A stretch of 34,578 bases of DNA. It comes from a virus. Positions 1 to 7,492 of the stretch are shown one piece after another. Both the position numbers and the translations under genes were made by a program. The notes under the pieces were generated by a model. It ran no database searches. It was not told the origin of the DNA and was given only the letters and a program-made list of their open reading frames with translations. The stretch lies in IMG/VR virus record IMGVR_UViG_3300017991_000041; one strand, written 5' to 3'. Position 1 is the stretch's first letter. Each line of letters starts with the position of its first letter.

Positions 1-123
1 AGCACCAATACATCAGTGGTCGATTTTGATGTTGCTGGAACGACGGTCTCGGGAGGTGTCTTACTAGCATCCTTTGCTCTGGACAAAGTGGGTTCATTCA
101 ACCAGGCATTTAGAGAATTTGAA
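1..123. repeat. Terminal direct repeat, copy 1 (identical to 34456-34578). Either a circular-assembly overlap or a short phage DTR.
   Basis: Base-by-base comparison: 'agcaccaatacatcagtggtcgattttgatg...gcatttagagaatttgaa' is present at both window ends. Confidence 0.95.
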
Positions 124-222
124 TTTTTTCTGAATCCTGGAGATACGATGACGTTCAGTGCCGAGAGCACAGCCAATACGGATGCCACGGTAGCTATTTC
201 TTGGGCGGAAAGGTTTAAATAG
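1..222 (+). CDS. C-terminal end of the wrap-around virion protein whose start is at 33505 (partial in this linear representation).
   Basis: Frame 1 is open from base 1 to the stop at 220-222. Base 1 equals base 34456, which is a codon start of the 33505 ORF. The track ORF 16..222 is the same frame. Confidence 0.8.
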   Translation, partial: STNTSVVDFDVAGTTVSGGVLLASFALDKVGSFNQAFREFEFFLNPGDTMTFSAESTANTDATVAISWAERFK

Positions 223-231
223 GAGAACACT

Positions 232-786
232 ATGACAATAAGTAGACAGAGAGAAAACAGGCCGATGAAGTTCGGCGAACGAGACCGTCATGAGCTTATT
301 GTTCAAGATAGTGAAGTTGCCCTCAGAGCCATTAATGACACCAATGGAAATCCTATCTTTCTTGGCAGAGCAATCCCTGGAGTGCTAAATGCAGAGGATA
401 AATGGCAGATTCGCAAGCTCCAATACGACTCCAATAATAGCGTGACCAGTGTCACATGGCCACAGAATGATGAAACGAACGCCAGCAACAACTACGAGTT
501 TGTCTGGTCCGCTGTATCGAATTTAACCATCACAGCCATTACTCAGGCAAATCCAGCTGTAGTGACGGTTAGCTCGATTGGAAGTTTGCAGAATGGTGAT
601 AAAATTGTCATTCAGGGTGTAACTGGAATGACCGAGGTGAACTTCGATGGCTCTAATATCTATACGGTAGCGAATATTGCAGGAACCGATTTTGAGTTAT
701 CCGGAATCAATAGTTTAGCATTTACCGCCTACAGCGCCGGTGGCACCGTGGAGTATGGCAACGTAGTTAACCTGACATACTCTTAA
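232..786 (+). CDS. Virion structural protein (184 aa) with a C-terminal ~75-aa beta-barrel module shared with three other sites in the genome.
   Basis: SD 'aggagaacactATG'. Residues 98-175 read 'ITAITQANPAVVTV..LQNGDKIVIQGVTGMTEVN..YTVANIAGTDFEL..FTAYSAGGTV'. The gene lies in the fibre module. Confidence 0.8.
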   Translation: MTISRQRENRPMKFGERDRHELIVQDSEVALRAINDTNGNPIFLGRAIPGVLNAEDKWQIRKLQYDSNNSVTSVTWPQNDETNASNNYEFVWSAVSNLTITAITQANPAVVTVSSIGSLQNGDKIVIQGVTGMTEVNFDGSNIYTVANIAGTDFELSGINSLAFTAYSAGGTVEYGNVVNLTYS

Positions 787-797
787 GGAGACTGGCG

Positions 798-1550
798 ATG
801 GTTTGGAAGTACAACCCCTTTAGTGGGGAATTAGATTACACGATGGGGCCAGGCACAGGGACGGCAAGTATTGAGTTTGCCACCGACTCCGGTAGTGCGA
901 ACCCATCGGGTGCAGGGGTCCTGACCGTCGCAGGAGGAACCGGCATAAACACGTCGGGGTCTTCCAGTACGGTCACAATCAACCTGGACGACCCTGTCAT
1001 AGTAGACAATGGTGGTACGGGAAGGACGAGCTTAACCGATGGCGCTATACTCGTAGGTGACGGTACGAATGCCGTAGAGCAAATTGGTCCTCTAACTGAT
1101 GGGCAGCTACTGATAGGTGATACCGCAGGCGTATCGCCCGCTGCCGCCACATTAACAGCCGGAGCAGGTGTTTCGATTGTAAACGGGGCGGGTTCTATCA
1201 CTATTTCGGCAAGCGCTGGTGGTTTTACGTGGAACGAAGAAACCGGAACCGCCGCAAACATGGCCGTCCAGAACGGATATATCGCCAATAATGCTTCTTT
1301 GGTGACGCTGACGCTTCCTGCTACAGCGGCCCTAGGTGAAGTGGTGCAGGTGGTCGGTAAGGGTGCTGGACTTTTCAAGATAGGACAGAATGCGGGCCAA
1401 ACAATTCACTATATAAACTCGGACACTACAACGGGTACCGGCGGAAGTTTGACGGCAATCGAGCAGTACGCAGCAATAGAGCTCGTATGCATAACAGCAA
1501 ACACAGATTGGGCCGTTCTTGATTCGGCTGGCAACTTTACGGTGGTGTAA
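798..1550 (+). CDS. Tail-fibre-like protein (250 aa).
   Basis: SD 'taaggagactggcgATG'. Gly/Thr/Ala-rich. The motif '[39 protein letters not shown]' recurs in the next gene. The C-terminal '[34 protein letters not shown]' pattern is, from memory, typical of phage fibre tips. Confidence 0.75.
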   Translation: MVWKYNPFSGELDYTMGPGTGTASIEFATDSGSANPSGAGVLTVAGGTGINTSGSSSTVTINLDDPVIVDNGGTGRTSLTDGAILVGDGTNAVEQIGPLTDGQLLIGDTAGVSPAAATLTAGAGVSIVNGAGSITISASAGGFTWNEETGTAANMAVQNGYIANNASLVTLTLPATAALGEVVQVVGKGAGLFKIGQNAGQTIHYINSDTTTGTGGSLTAIEQYAAIELVCITANTDWAVLDSAGNFTVV

Positions 1551-1552
1551 TT

Positions 1553-3346
1553 ATGGCGACACAAAATGCAATATCACTCAACGCATCCGGACTCGCATCA
1601 TACGACGGAGCAGGGACCTTCGCAGGAAGGACGATACAACAGCCAGCTGCTGGAATCACGGTCGCAGACGGTGACGGTGTGTCTGGCGACCCTACCCTGG
1701 CTCTTGCTGATGACCTTGCTGCTGTTGAGGGCCTGTCAGGCTCCGGAGTGGTTACAAGAACCGGAGCAAGCGCCTGGGCAACCAACAGCATTGCCGACCG
1801 AGCAATCGTGGCAGGAGATGCAGGAAATACCGTACAAGCTATTGGCCCTCTTTCCGACGGAGAGCTGGTAATTGGAGCGACAGGCGCAGACCCGGCCGCT
1901 GCCTCTCTTACCGCTCCTGCAGCAGGTATTACCATCACGGGGGGAACAAACACGGTCACCTTCGCCTTGTCGGATGACCTTGCTGCCCTGGAAGGTTTGG
2001 CGAGCACAGGTCTAGCAGCGAGAACAGCTTCTAACACTTGGGCCGAAAGGACAATTTCAGCCACTAGCTCCAAGATTGCTGTGACTAATGGAGACGGCGT
2101 TAGCGGGAATCCTTCCATCGATGTCACCGAGGCAAATCTTACTTTGGATAACATTGGTGGAACCCTTTCGGTATCTAAAGGAGGCACTGGAGCCACAACA
2201 CTCACAGGGGTCCTGACAGGTAACGGCACCTCCGCGGTAACTGCTTCAGCGGTTACACAACATTCGGTACTTCTCGGTGGGGCATCAAATGCTGTAAGTG
2301 AAGTCGCGCTTGGATTAGGTGACCTTTTGATAGGGGCAAATTCTGCAGCTCCGAACGATTTGACATCATGGATGCAGGCAGGAAACAATTGCTGGTTCTG
2401 GAATCTATCTTTTACCCATTCAGCGGGCACTCTGACTCTAGCCGGTGCAGACGGGACGGCGCTTTCATCCACCAATCCCGGTTTTGTGGTAATGGCATCA
2501 AACGCTACGACCGGGCGAATGGTGCTGCATACAATTACGGCGAACGACACCCTGACAGTCAGTGATATGACCGGCAGTTTATTCGGTACCACGTCTTCCA
2601 TAGCTTGGGGCAACGACATGCCACTGTATGTCGGGTTTATGGCCGATAGCTCAGACGCCAATCTTGAACCGGTCATCTGCCGAATGCCACACCTCAAAAC
2701 ATCGCCAGCCACCTCCGGAGACATTGGAGACCCTTCATCGGCAACAGCAGACGAAGAATGGTCGGTATTTGCGTGGAACGACATCACAGAGACCAACTAC
2801 ACATCGAAACAGGTGGGTATCATTGGCTCCCTGCGAGCCACAAAGGCTGTCACCACCGATGCATGGACGCTCACAGCACTAGACGCCTATGACGGAGCCG
2901 GAAAATGGAACGACTCTAGAACCTTTACCATGGTTACCGGTAACAACGGAGCAGCCTCGGGTAAATACTGGGGTGATGAGGGAGGAACTGCACCGTCGTT
3001 CAGTGGGGCTAATGAAGTCTACTATTGGATATCCAAAGACGGAAGATGCCAATATGCATGGAGGTTCAATACCAGTTCAGCAGCGTCCGGAACTGGGGCA
3101 GCCAGCCTAAAGCCACCATATCGTCATTATGATTCATCGGCGATTAACCTAACAATTTTTGGAGTGGGTCAGATGAGGGATAGTTCAGCAGGAGTAGAAC
3201 GCACAATTATGTATTACGGAAATAGCGGCGGAATTAGTTTGTATATTCCGACCTTGGTGACGGTCGGAGTGGTCCCAAACAACAACTTTGATTCTGGGGA
3301 TAATTTTCGGGGTTCCATAATCTTGCCACTACTAGATAAGGAGTAG
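1553..3346 (+). CDS. Tail fibre / receptor-binding protein, paralog 1 (597 aa).
   Basis: Internal repeats 'L(A/S)DDLAA(V/L)EGL...RT...W' and '[16 protein letters not shown]'. The C-terminal ~310 aa aligns by eye with the C-terminus of 3623..5407 ('[50 protein letters not shown]'). Confidence 0.8.
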   Translation: MATQNAISLNASGLASYDGAGTFAGRTIQQPAAGITVADGDGVSGDPTLALADDLAAVEGLSGSGVVTRTGASAWATNSIADRAIVAGDAGNTVQAIGPLSDGELVIGATGADPAAASLTAPAAGITITGGTNTVTFALSDDLAALEGLASTGLAARTASNTWAERTISATSSKIAVTNGDGVSGNPSIDVTEANLTLDNIGGTLSVSKGGTGATTLTGVLTGNGTSAVTASAVTQHSVLLGGASNAVSEVALGLGDLLIGANSAAPNDLTSWMQAGNNCWFWNLSFTHSAGTLTLAGADGTALSSTNPGFVVMASNATTGRMVLHTITANDTLTVSDMTGSLFGTTSSIAWGNDMPLYVGFMADSSDANLEPVICRMPHLKTSPATSGDIGDPSSATADEEWSVFAWNDITETNYTSKQVGIIGSLRATKAVTTDAWTLTALDAYDGAGKWNDSRTFTMVTGNNGAASGKYWGDEGGTAPSFSGANEVYYWISKDGRCQYAWRFNTSSAASGTGAASLKPPYRHYDSSAINLTIFGVGQMRDSSAGVERTIMYYGNSGGISLYIPTLVTVGVVPNNNFDSGDNFRGSIILPLLDKE

Positions 3347-3349
3347 GCT

Positions 3350-3613
3350 ATGAATGAAAAAGAATGTGCAGAGTGCAAAAATATTATCAAAGAATCGTTG
3401 AGCTGGAAACATTATTTTCAGGAACAGGAAGTAATGAACGCGATAATACTCGATGATAATCCGGAACTACTCAGAAAGTTAAGAGCATGCCAGCAACAGC
3501 TGAACGACGTCTATGCGGAAAAAGCGCAGATTTTGGATGGGCAGGACGTAGACGCGAAGCTGAAAGTGCGAGCTGAATTTAGAAAGCCCGAGATTGACAT
3601 CGCTAAACTATAG
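3350..3613 (+). CDS. Small protein (87 aa) directly after fibre 1; candidate fibre assembly chaperone.
   Basis: SD 'taaggagtaggctATG'. Tightly packed between the two fibre genes. The function is inferred from position only. Confidence 0.55.
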   Translation: MNEKECAECKNIIKESLSWKHYFQEQEVMNAIILDDNPELLRKLRACQQQLNDVYAEKAQILDGQDVDAKLKVRAEFRKPEIDIAKL

Positions 3614-3622
3614 GGGAGCACT

Positions 3623-5407
3623 ATGGCACGCAACATGGTGGGGGTTCCTTATGAGAATCCCGCAAGATATGTAGGACCCGGAAAGGACCTAATTCCTATT
3701 ATTAAGGTTAGTAGAGCCCCTACTACCAGCGATGTCCGGTTTCCTTTAGGACAGTTTTGGCTAGTCGGAGATAGTCCCTCGACTGGAACCGTCGGAGACC
3801 TATGGTATCTTTGCGATTTTGTTGCGGGTGTTCCTCAATGGTGTCAAATAGCAGTGGGTGCCGGCTCACCAGGCATAGACACCATCACTGGAAGCGGTGG
3901 TACACCTATATCGCCTGATGTTTCGGGTAATGTAGACCTTGCCGCATCGACGGTGGCTAATGCTACGCATGCCGCTCCCCTATATGTAAATGACACCGTA
4001 GCCAATACGCTGACCCTCGATTTACAGGTAGCAGCCGCACGCACTGGAGCCCCTGGCGACAAAAATGACGTTGGAGTTTGTTCGTTCGATGATACAGCAT
4101 TCTCGGTCGACGCCAACGGCTATGTGACGCTGGCTGGTGGTGCCGGACCATCCATAGATACCATCAACATTGATGCAAATACCGGTCCAGGAACAAACCC
4201 AGTCGTACCGGATGGTTCCGGTGAAGTGACTGTTAATGGTAACACGGTCGCTAATGCCACGAACGCAGAGCCTGTATATACGCACTCTAGGGCGGCAAAT
4301 ACCTACAACGTCGAGGTCCAGGTAGCGACAGGTATTGCGTCAGCACCAGGTGATAAGCTCGACGCTGGTCTAGCATCTTTCGACAGCGCAGATTTTACCG
4401 TAGATGCTGACGGATTTGTACAACTAGCGGCAGGGCCCTCAGTAGCAGCAGGCGAAATGCACAACCTGGCATTTACGCATAACGGGACCACGATGACACT
4501 GCATTCAAGAGATGGAACGGCCCTTTCGGCGACAAACGTCGGATATATTGCGATGCCATCCAATGCCACTGAGGGTCAAATCGTGTTGCAAGCCATTACG
4601 GCTAACCAGACGCTCACCATTGCTGACATGAACGGTGCGACGTTTGGGACGGATGCAAGTGTGGCATGGGGAAACAACATGCCGCTGTATGTAGGATTTA
4701 TCGCAAAGGACGACGATACGGTACCTATAGCATGCATTTGCCGTGTACCTAATGCCTACCGTACACCGACAACATCGACAGAAATTGGGGACCCAACCAC
4801 TCCAGCGCAGGCCAGCACTGAAGCCTCTGTATTTGCATGGAGTAACCTCAGCGCTTACACAGATTACGACTCTAACCATGTGCAGGTTGTTGGGAGCTTC
4901 AGAGCCACAAAAAACTCATCGGACGCTTGGACATTTGTCACAATGGACGAACAGGATGGGGTAAACCTATGGAACGACAACCGCCAGTTTTTGATGCCCT
5001 ACAACCAAAACGGTGCCGCATCAGGTAGCCATTTTGCACTAAACGGCGGAACGACAGGACCAGCATTTGACACAGACAATCTGGGTTATACGGTTTACAA
5101 GGATGGCCTGATTGACCTCCTTATTAATTTCAATGCATGCAACACGGCGGGCGTAGGTGCAGTAACGGCATACATCCCTACACCATACAATATAGCTGGG
5201 CAGCTACCAGGTACATTTATTGCGGCAGGTGCCACAACTCATACGCACACATGGAGCTTGGCACAAAACACCCTGAGCAAATGCGCAATAGACCTGTGGT
5301 TAACCGGAGCAACCGCAGCTAGAACTCTAGCAGGTTTTACAACTACGGGGGATGGCAATACTTTTCTAGCGCGAGCCACATGTCGCATTAATGTTGGAGT
5401 CTTTTAA
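3623..5407 (+). CDS. Tail fibre / receptor-binding protein, paralog 2 (594 aa).
   Basis: SD 'taggggagcactATG'. Carries an internal ~90-aa tandem duplication. The C-terminal domain is homologous to fibre 1 ('FTHNGTTMTL..DGTALSATN..WGNNMPLYVGF..GDPT..SVFAW..GSFRATK..DAWT'). Confidence 0.8.
   Translation: MARNMVGVPYENPARYVGPGKDLIPIIKVSRAPTTSDVRFPLGQFWLVGDSPSTGTVGDLWYLCDFVAGVPQWCQIAVGAGSPGIDTITGSGGTPISPDVSGNVDLAASTVANATHAAPLYVNDTVANTLTLDLQVAAARTGAPGDKNDVGVCSFDDTAFSVDANGYVTLAGGAGPSIDTINIDANTGPGTNPVVPDGSGEVTVNGNTVANATNAEPVYTHSRAANTYNVEVQVATGIASAPGDKLDAGLASFDSADFTVDADGFVQLAAGPSVAAGEMHNLAFTHNGTTMTLHSRDGTALSATNVGYIAMPSNATEGQIVLQAITANQTLTIADMNGATFGTDASVAWGNNMPLYVGFIAKDDDTVPIACICRVPNAYRTPTTSTEIGDPTTPAQASTEASVFAWSNLSAYTDYDSNHVQVVGSFRATKNSSDAWTFVTMDEQDGVNLWNDNRQFLMPYNQNGAASGSHFALNGGTTGPAFDTDNLGYTVYKDGLIDLLINFNACNTAGVGAVTAYIPTPYNIAGQLPGTFIAAGATTHTHTWSLAQNTLSKCAIDLWLTGATAARTLAGFTTTGDGNTFLARATCRINVGVF
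3875..4435 (+). repeat. In-frame tandem duplication (two units of ~90 aa) inside fibre paralog 2.
   Basis: 'IDTITGSGGTPISPDVSGNVDL..VANATHAAPLYV..APGDKNDVGVCSFDDTAFSVDANGYVTLAGG' is followed by 'IDTINIDANTGPGTNPVVPDGSGEVTV..VANATNAEPVYT..APGDKLDAGLASFDSADFTVDADGFVQLAAG'. Confidence 0.8.
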
Positions 5408-5634
5408 TGGGTAAGGTGACGGTCACTCACGAATTTGACTACTACGAAGAGCGCCAGGAGCTCATGGAACTCATCCATGGACGCGACGCGAAGGGAGCCC
5501 TCTTTGAGGTAGACCAGGAACTTCGAGCCAAACTCAAATATGGTGAGGACGAGTGGTTAACTGAGCCTGTACAAAAGTATCTGGAGCATATGCGCGACAT
5601 GATTTGGGAATCGGGAGCACTCCGGGATGACTGA
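5407..5634 (+). CDS. Small acidic protein (75 aa) directly after fibre 2; candidate fibre chaperone.
   Basis: The ATG overlaps the fibre stop (TAATG). Soluble and helical-looking ('QELMELIHGRDAKGALFEVDQELRAKLKYGEDEW'). The function is positional inference. Confidence 0.55.
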   Translation: MGKVTVTHEFDYYEERQELMELIHGRDAKGALFEVDQELRAKLKYGEDEWLTEPVQKYLEHMRDMIWESGALRDD

Positions 5635-5839
5635 ACAGAAATCAATAAACTGGAAGAGGTGGGTTGTGCGTGGTCTTATTTCTATTGTGCTGTGTGCTAG
5701 TCTTCTTGGCGGTTGTAGCTATCTTAATCGAAAGCTCGGAGTAAAAGACGACCATTTCGTAGAAGAGATGGCAGAGCGCTTTATAGAAAGCGAGACAGGG
5801 CTCGATATTGACCTCACACCAGAATCCCCGGAGCTATAG
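5627..5839 (+). CDS. Small lipoprotein (70 aa), last gene of the rightward unit.
   Basis: N-terminus 'KRWVVRGLISIVLCASLLGGC' has a charged n-region, a hydrophobic core and an L-G-G-C lipobox. ATGA overlap with the upstream stop. Confidence 0.7.
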   Translation: MTEQKSINWKRWVVRGLISIVLCASLLGGCSYLNRKLGVKDDHFVEEMAERFIESETGLDIDLTPESPEL

Positions 5840-5896
5840 CAACTTATATGGGGTTATATCTATATTTTGCTATAACTGGGGTATTTCTTTTGGCCT

Positions 5897-6169
5897 TTAG
5901 TCGTCGTTGGTTTCGTCTGGATAATGGGCAACCCATTCAGCCCGACCTACCTTCTGACCTCTTTCAAACGGGCATCGGTAATAGGCGAGACCTTCCTGAC
6001 CAGGAGCCTGGAAATACCCCTGAGCGCCCCAGCTCTTAGGCTCTGTCACTACCATAAAGCAGGCGCCAAAGCATTCATCTTGTTCAGGGTCCACCTGTAT
6101 AATATCATTCTTTTCCCATGTGTCTTCTACTGGTGTACCCATGTCATCCCACCCCCATTTATTTGGCAT
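5897..6169 (-). CDS. Hypothetical, strongly acidic 90-aa protein, last gene of the leftward block.
   Basis: Globular-looking ORF with 18 D/E against 7 K/R counted by hand. Its start overlaps the stop of the upstream small ORF. Confidence 0.65.
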   Translation of the reverse strand: MPNKWGWDDMGTPVEDTWEKNDIIQVDPEQDECFGACFMVVTEPKSWGAQGYFQAPGQEGLAYYRCPFERGQKVGRAEWVAHYPDETNDD

Positions 6170-6320
6170 TTAGATATTCCTGGTATTGCTCGAATAAACG
6201 GATAATCTCGACTCCTTCAGGGTCCCGCTTTACGACGTCAAGGGCTAAATCTATGTCCATCTCAGCCAGTTGCAGTATTTGCTCGACCAAGTTAACGAAC
6301 TCTTTAGGCATTTTCTCCAT
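6159..6320 (-). CDS. Small acidic ORF (53 aa, below the ORF-track cutoff).
   Basis: Hand translation gives 'MEKMPKEFVNLVEQILQLAEMDIDLALDVVKRDPEGVEIIRLFEQYQEYLNAK'. It overlaps both neighbours' stop and start, a coupled arrangement. An alternative ATG is at 6311. Confidence 0.45.
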   Translation of the reverse strand: MEKMPKEFVNLVEQILQLAEMDIDLALDVVKRDPEGVEIIRLFEQYQEYLNAK

Positions 6321-6936
6321 AGTCAAAAAGGACTACCTTGTCCCCCTCTTCCGTTTGGTTAAGCACTTCCTGCACAAAATCGGCCATGAGCTCTAGCTGG
6401 CCCCCAAAGAAGATGGACGCCGCAAGAAATTGAGGAGGTGCATCGTCTACCTGTTCTTTGGCACGTTGGAGGCCCATAAGAACCCCTTCGGCGAATGACC
6501 TGTCAACCTCTAGGCTGTCCACTTCACCAGCGGAACCGGCTCGGTATCTTCGGAAAGGCTTTTCAGTCTCTCTACTTCGGCTTGGCTCTCGGTCAGTCTT
6601 CCTTTTAGCTCGTTCAACTCGGCGAACAAGCGTTTCTGCACCTTCCGGTGGCTTTCCTTCAGGTCTATTAGAGCTTCCCAAAGGCCGCTCATCTCGCTCT
6701 TTGGCATCTCGAATAACTTCATCTGCTCCATCACTGTCCTCCATAACATGTTTATATTTAGGGTATCCGAAGTCCCTAGGTTCTGTTACAGACTTTCGTT
6801 CTCCACACACTGGGCATATTTCCATATGCCAGCAACAAATGTGCGTATCAGGCATGTTTCCTCCTGCCTCATACGCGCATTCTGTACAGGTCCATGGCGG
6901 GTAATTATCGACTGTGCATTTTACTCGTCGCGCCAT
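6304..6936 (-). CDS. 210-aa ORF: N-terminal Cys/His zinc-ribbon-like part, low-complexity middle and acidic C-terminal part. It may really be two or three genes (see findings).
   Basis: N-terminus 'CTVDNYPPWTCTECAYEAGGNMPDTHICCWHMEICPVCGE'. The middle 'ERDERPLGSSNRPEGKPPEGAE..REPSRSRETEKPFRR' looks like off-frame translation. An internal ATG at 6477 has 'gaagggg' upstream. Confidence 0.5.
   Translation of the reverse strand: MARRVKCTVDNYPPWTCTECAYEAGGNMPDTHICCWHMEICPVCGERKSVTEPRDFGYPKYKHVMEDSDGADEVIRDAKERDERPLGSSNRPEGKPPEGAETLVRRVERAKRKTDREPSRSRETEKPFRRYRAGSAGEVDSLEVDRSFAEGVLMGLQRAKEQVDDAPPQFLAASIFFGGQLELMADFVQEVLNQTEEGDKVVLFDYGENA
6510..6731 (-). CDS. Nested alternative-frame coiled-coil ORF (73 aa) inside 6304..6936.
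   Basis: Strong SD 'GGAGGAcagtgATG'. The product 'MEQMKLFEMPKSEMSGLWEALIDLKESHRKVQKRLFAELNELKGRLTESQAEVERLKSL' looks protein-like. Confidence 0.5.
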   Translation of the reverse strand: MEQMKLFEMPKSEMSGLWEALIDLKESHRKVQKRLFAELNELKGRLTESQAEVERLKSLSEDTEPVPLVKWTA

Positions 6937-7343
6937 AGTCGTTCCTGTAATTCATCAGCTCGATACGCATAGTATTCCGCCTCCCGAACGTATTTTTTAG
7001 ACTCTCGGAAGTGCCAATAGGAATCGCCTGCTATGGTTCCGAGTGTATTTAGGCATGAGGTAATAACCACGCCATATGGGTTTCCAGTGCTCAAACCGCC
7101 AACAGCTCCAACAATTGCCGCTTTAGTAGCGCCTTCAACATCAATGTCCGTAATTTGACGGGCCTCTCGCTCAGCCTTGTCCATATTGTTGTGCATTCGC
7201 TGCACACAAAAGTGAATCTCGTTCCATATTTTATCGCGCTGCTGTTGAGAAAGACCACATTCTATGTGTGGAAGTTCAACCGGAGCAGCCATAGCACCTG
7301 TGGTTACAGTAATGGCGGTTACGATAATCGGCAGTGCTTTCAC
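6921..7343 (-). CDS. Secreted or membrane-associated protein (140 aa) with a signal peptide and a glycine-zipper-like hydrophobic stretch.
   Basis: 'MKALPIIVTAITVTTGAMA|AP' is signal-like. 'AAIVGAVGGLSTGNPYGVVITSCLNTLGTIAG' is the hydrophobic stretch. The GTG start overlaps the upstream stop (ATGTGA). Confidence 0.65.
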   Translation of the reverse strand: MKALPIIVTAITVTTGAMAAPVELPHIECGLSQQQRDKIWNEIHFCVQRMHNNMDKAEREARQITDIDVEGATKAAIVGAVGGLSTGNPYGVVITSCLNTLGTIAGDSYWHFRESKKYVREAEYYAYRADELQERLWRDE

Positions 7344-7492
7344 ATTCTCTCCAAAAGTTTTAGTAGAGTCATCGCTAGGAAGACCAGTCCCATGTCTCTA
7401 AGGTATTGGGTGGGGAGTCTTTCGACCCCCCTAAGTTTATCTACCAGAAACTCGCAGGCTCCGACGCCAACACCTAGGAAGAGTGCGTACAT
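7340..7492 (-). CDS. Small hydrophobic ORF (50 aa, below the track cutoff), possibly a two-pass membrane protein.
   Basis: Hand translation gives 'MYALFLGVGVGACEFLVDKLRGVERLPTQYLRDMGLVFLAMTLLKLLERM'. SD 'ggaggttgacATG'. Confidence 0.45.
   Translation of the reverse strand: MYALFLGVGVGACEFLVDKLRGVERLPTQYLRDMGLVFLAMTLLKLLERM

Noticed and set aside
1537-2796. 419-aa antisense ORF, plus 836..1378 (-) and other antisense ORFs at 3844..4879, opposite the fibre genes.
   Set aside because: These are shadow ORFs. The fibre genes are Gly/Ala/Thr-rich and stop-poor on the opposite strand. The antisense products are Pro/Ala/Ser/Val low-complexity sequence with no SD, whereas the sense ORFs show repeats and paralogy.
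1553-5407. Diversity-generating retroelement acting on the duplicated fibre C-termini.
   Set aside because: There is no reverse transcriptase gene anywhere in the genome. The two copies differ by general protein-level divergence, not by adenine-specific differences between near-identical nucleotide repeats.
5848-6396. Plus-strand ORFs 5848..6039, 5924..6205 and 6118..6396 in the convergent junction.
   Set aside because: They overlap better-supported minus-strand genes that have coupled starts and stops, and they have odd composition and no SD. I also found no convincing bidirectional terminator hairpin at 5840-5896.
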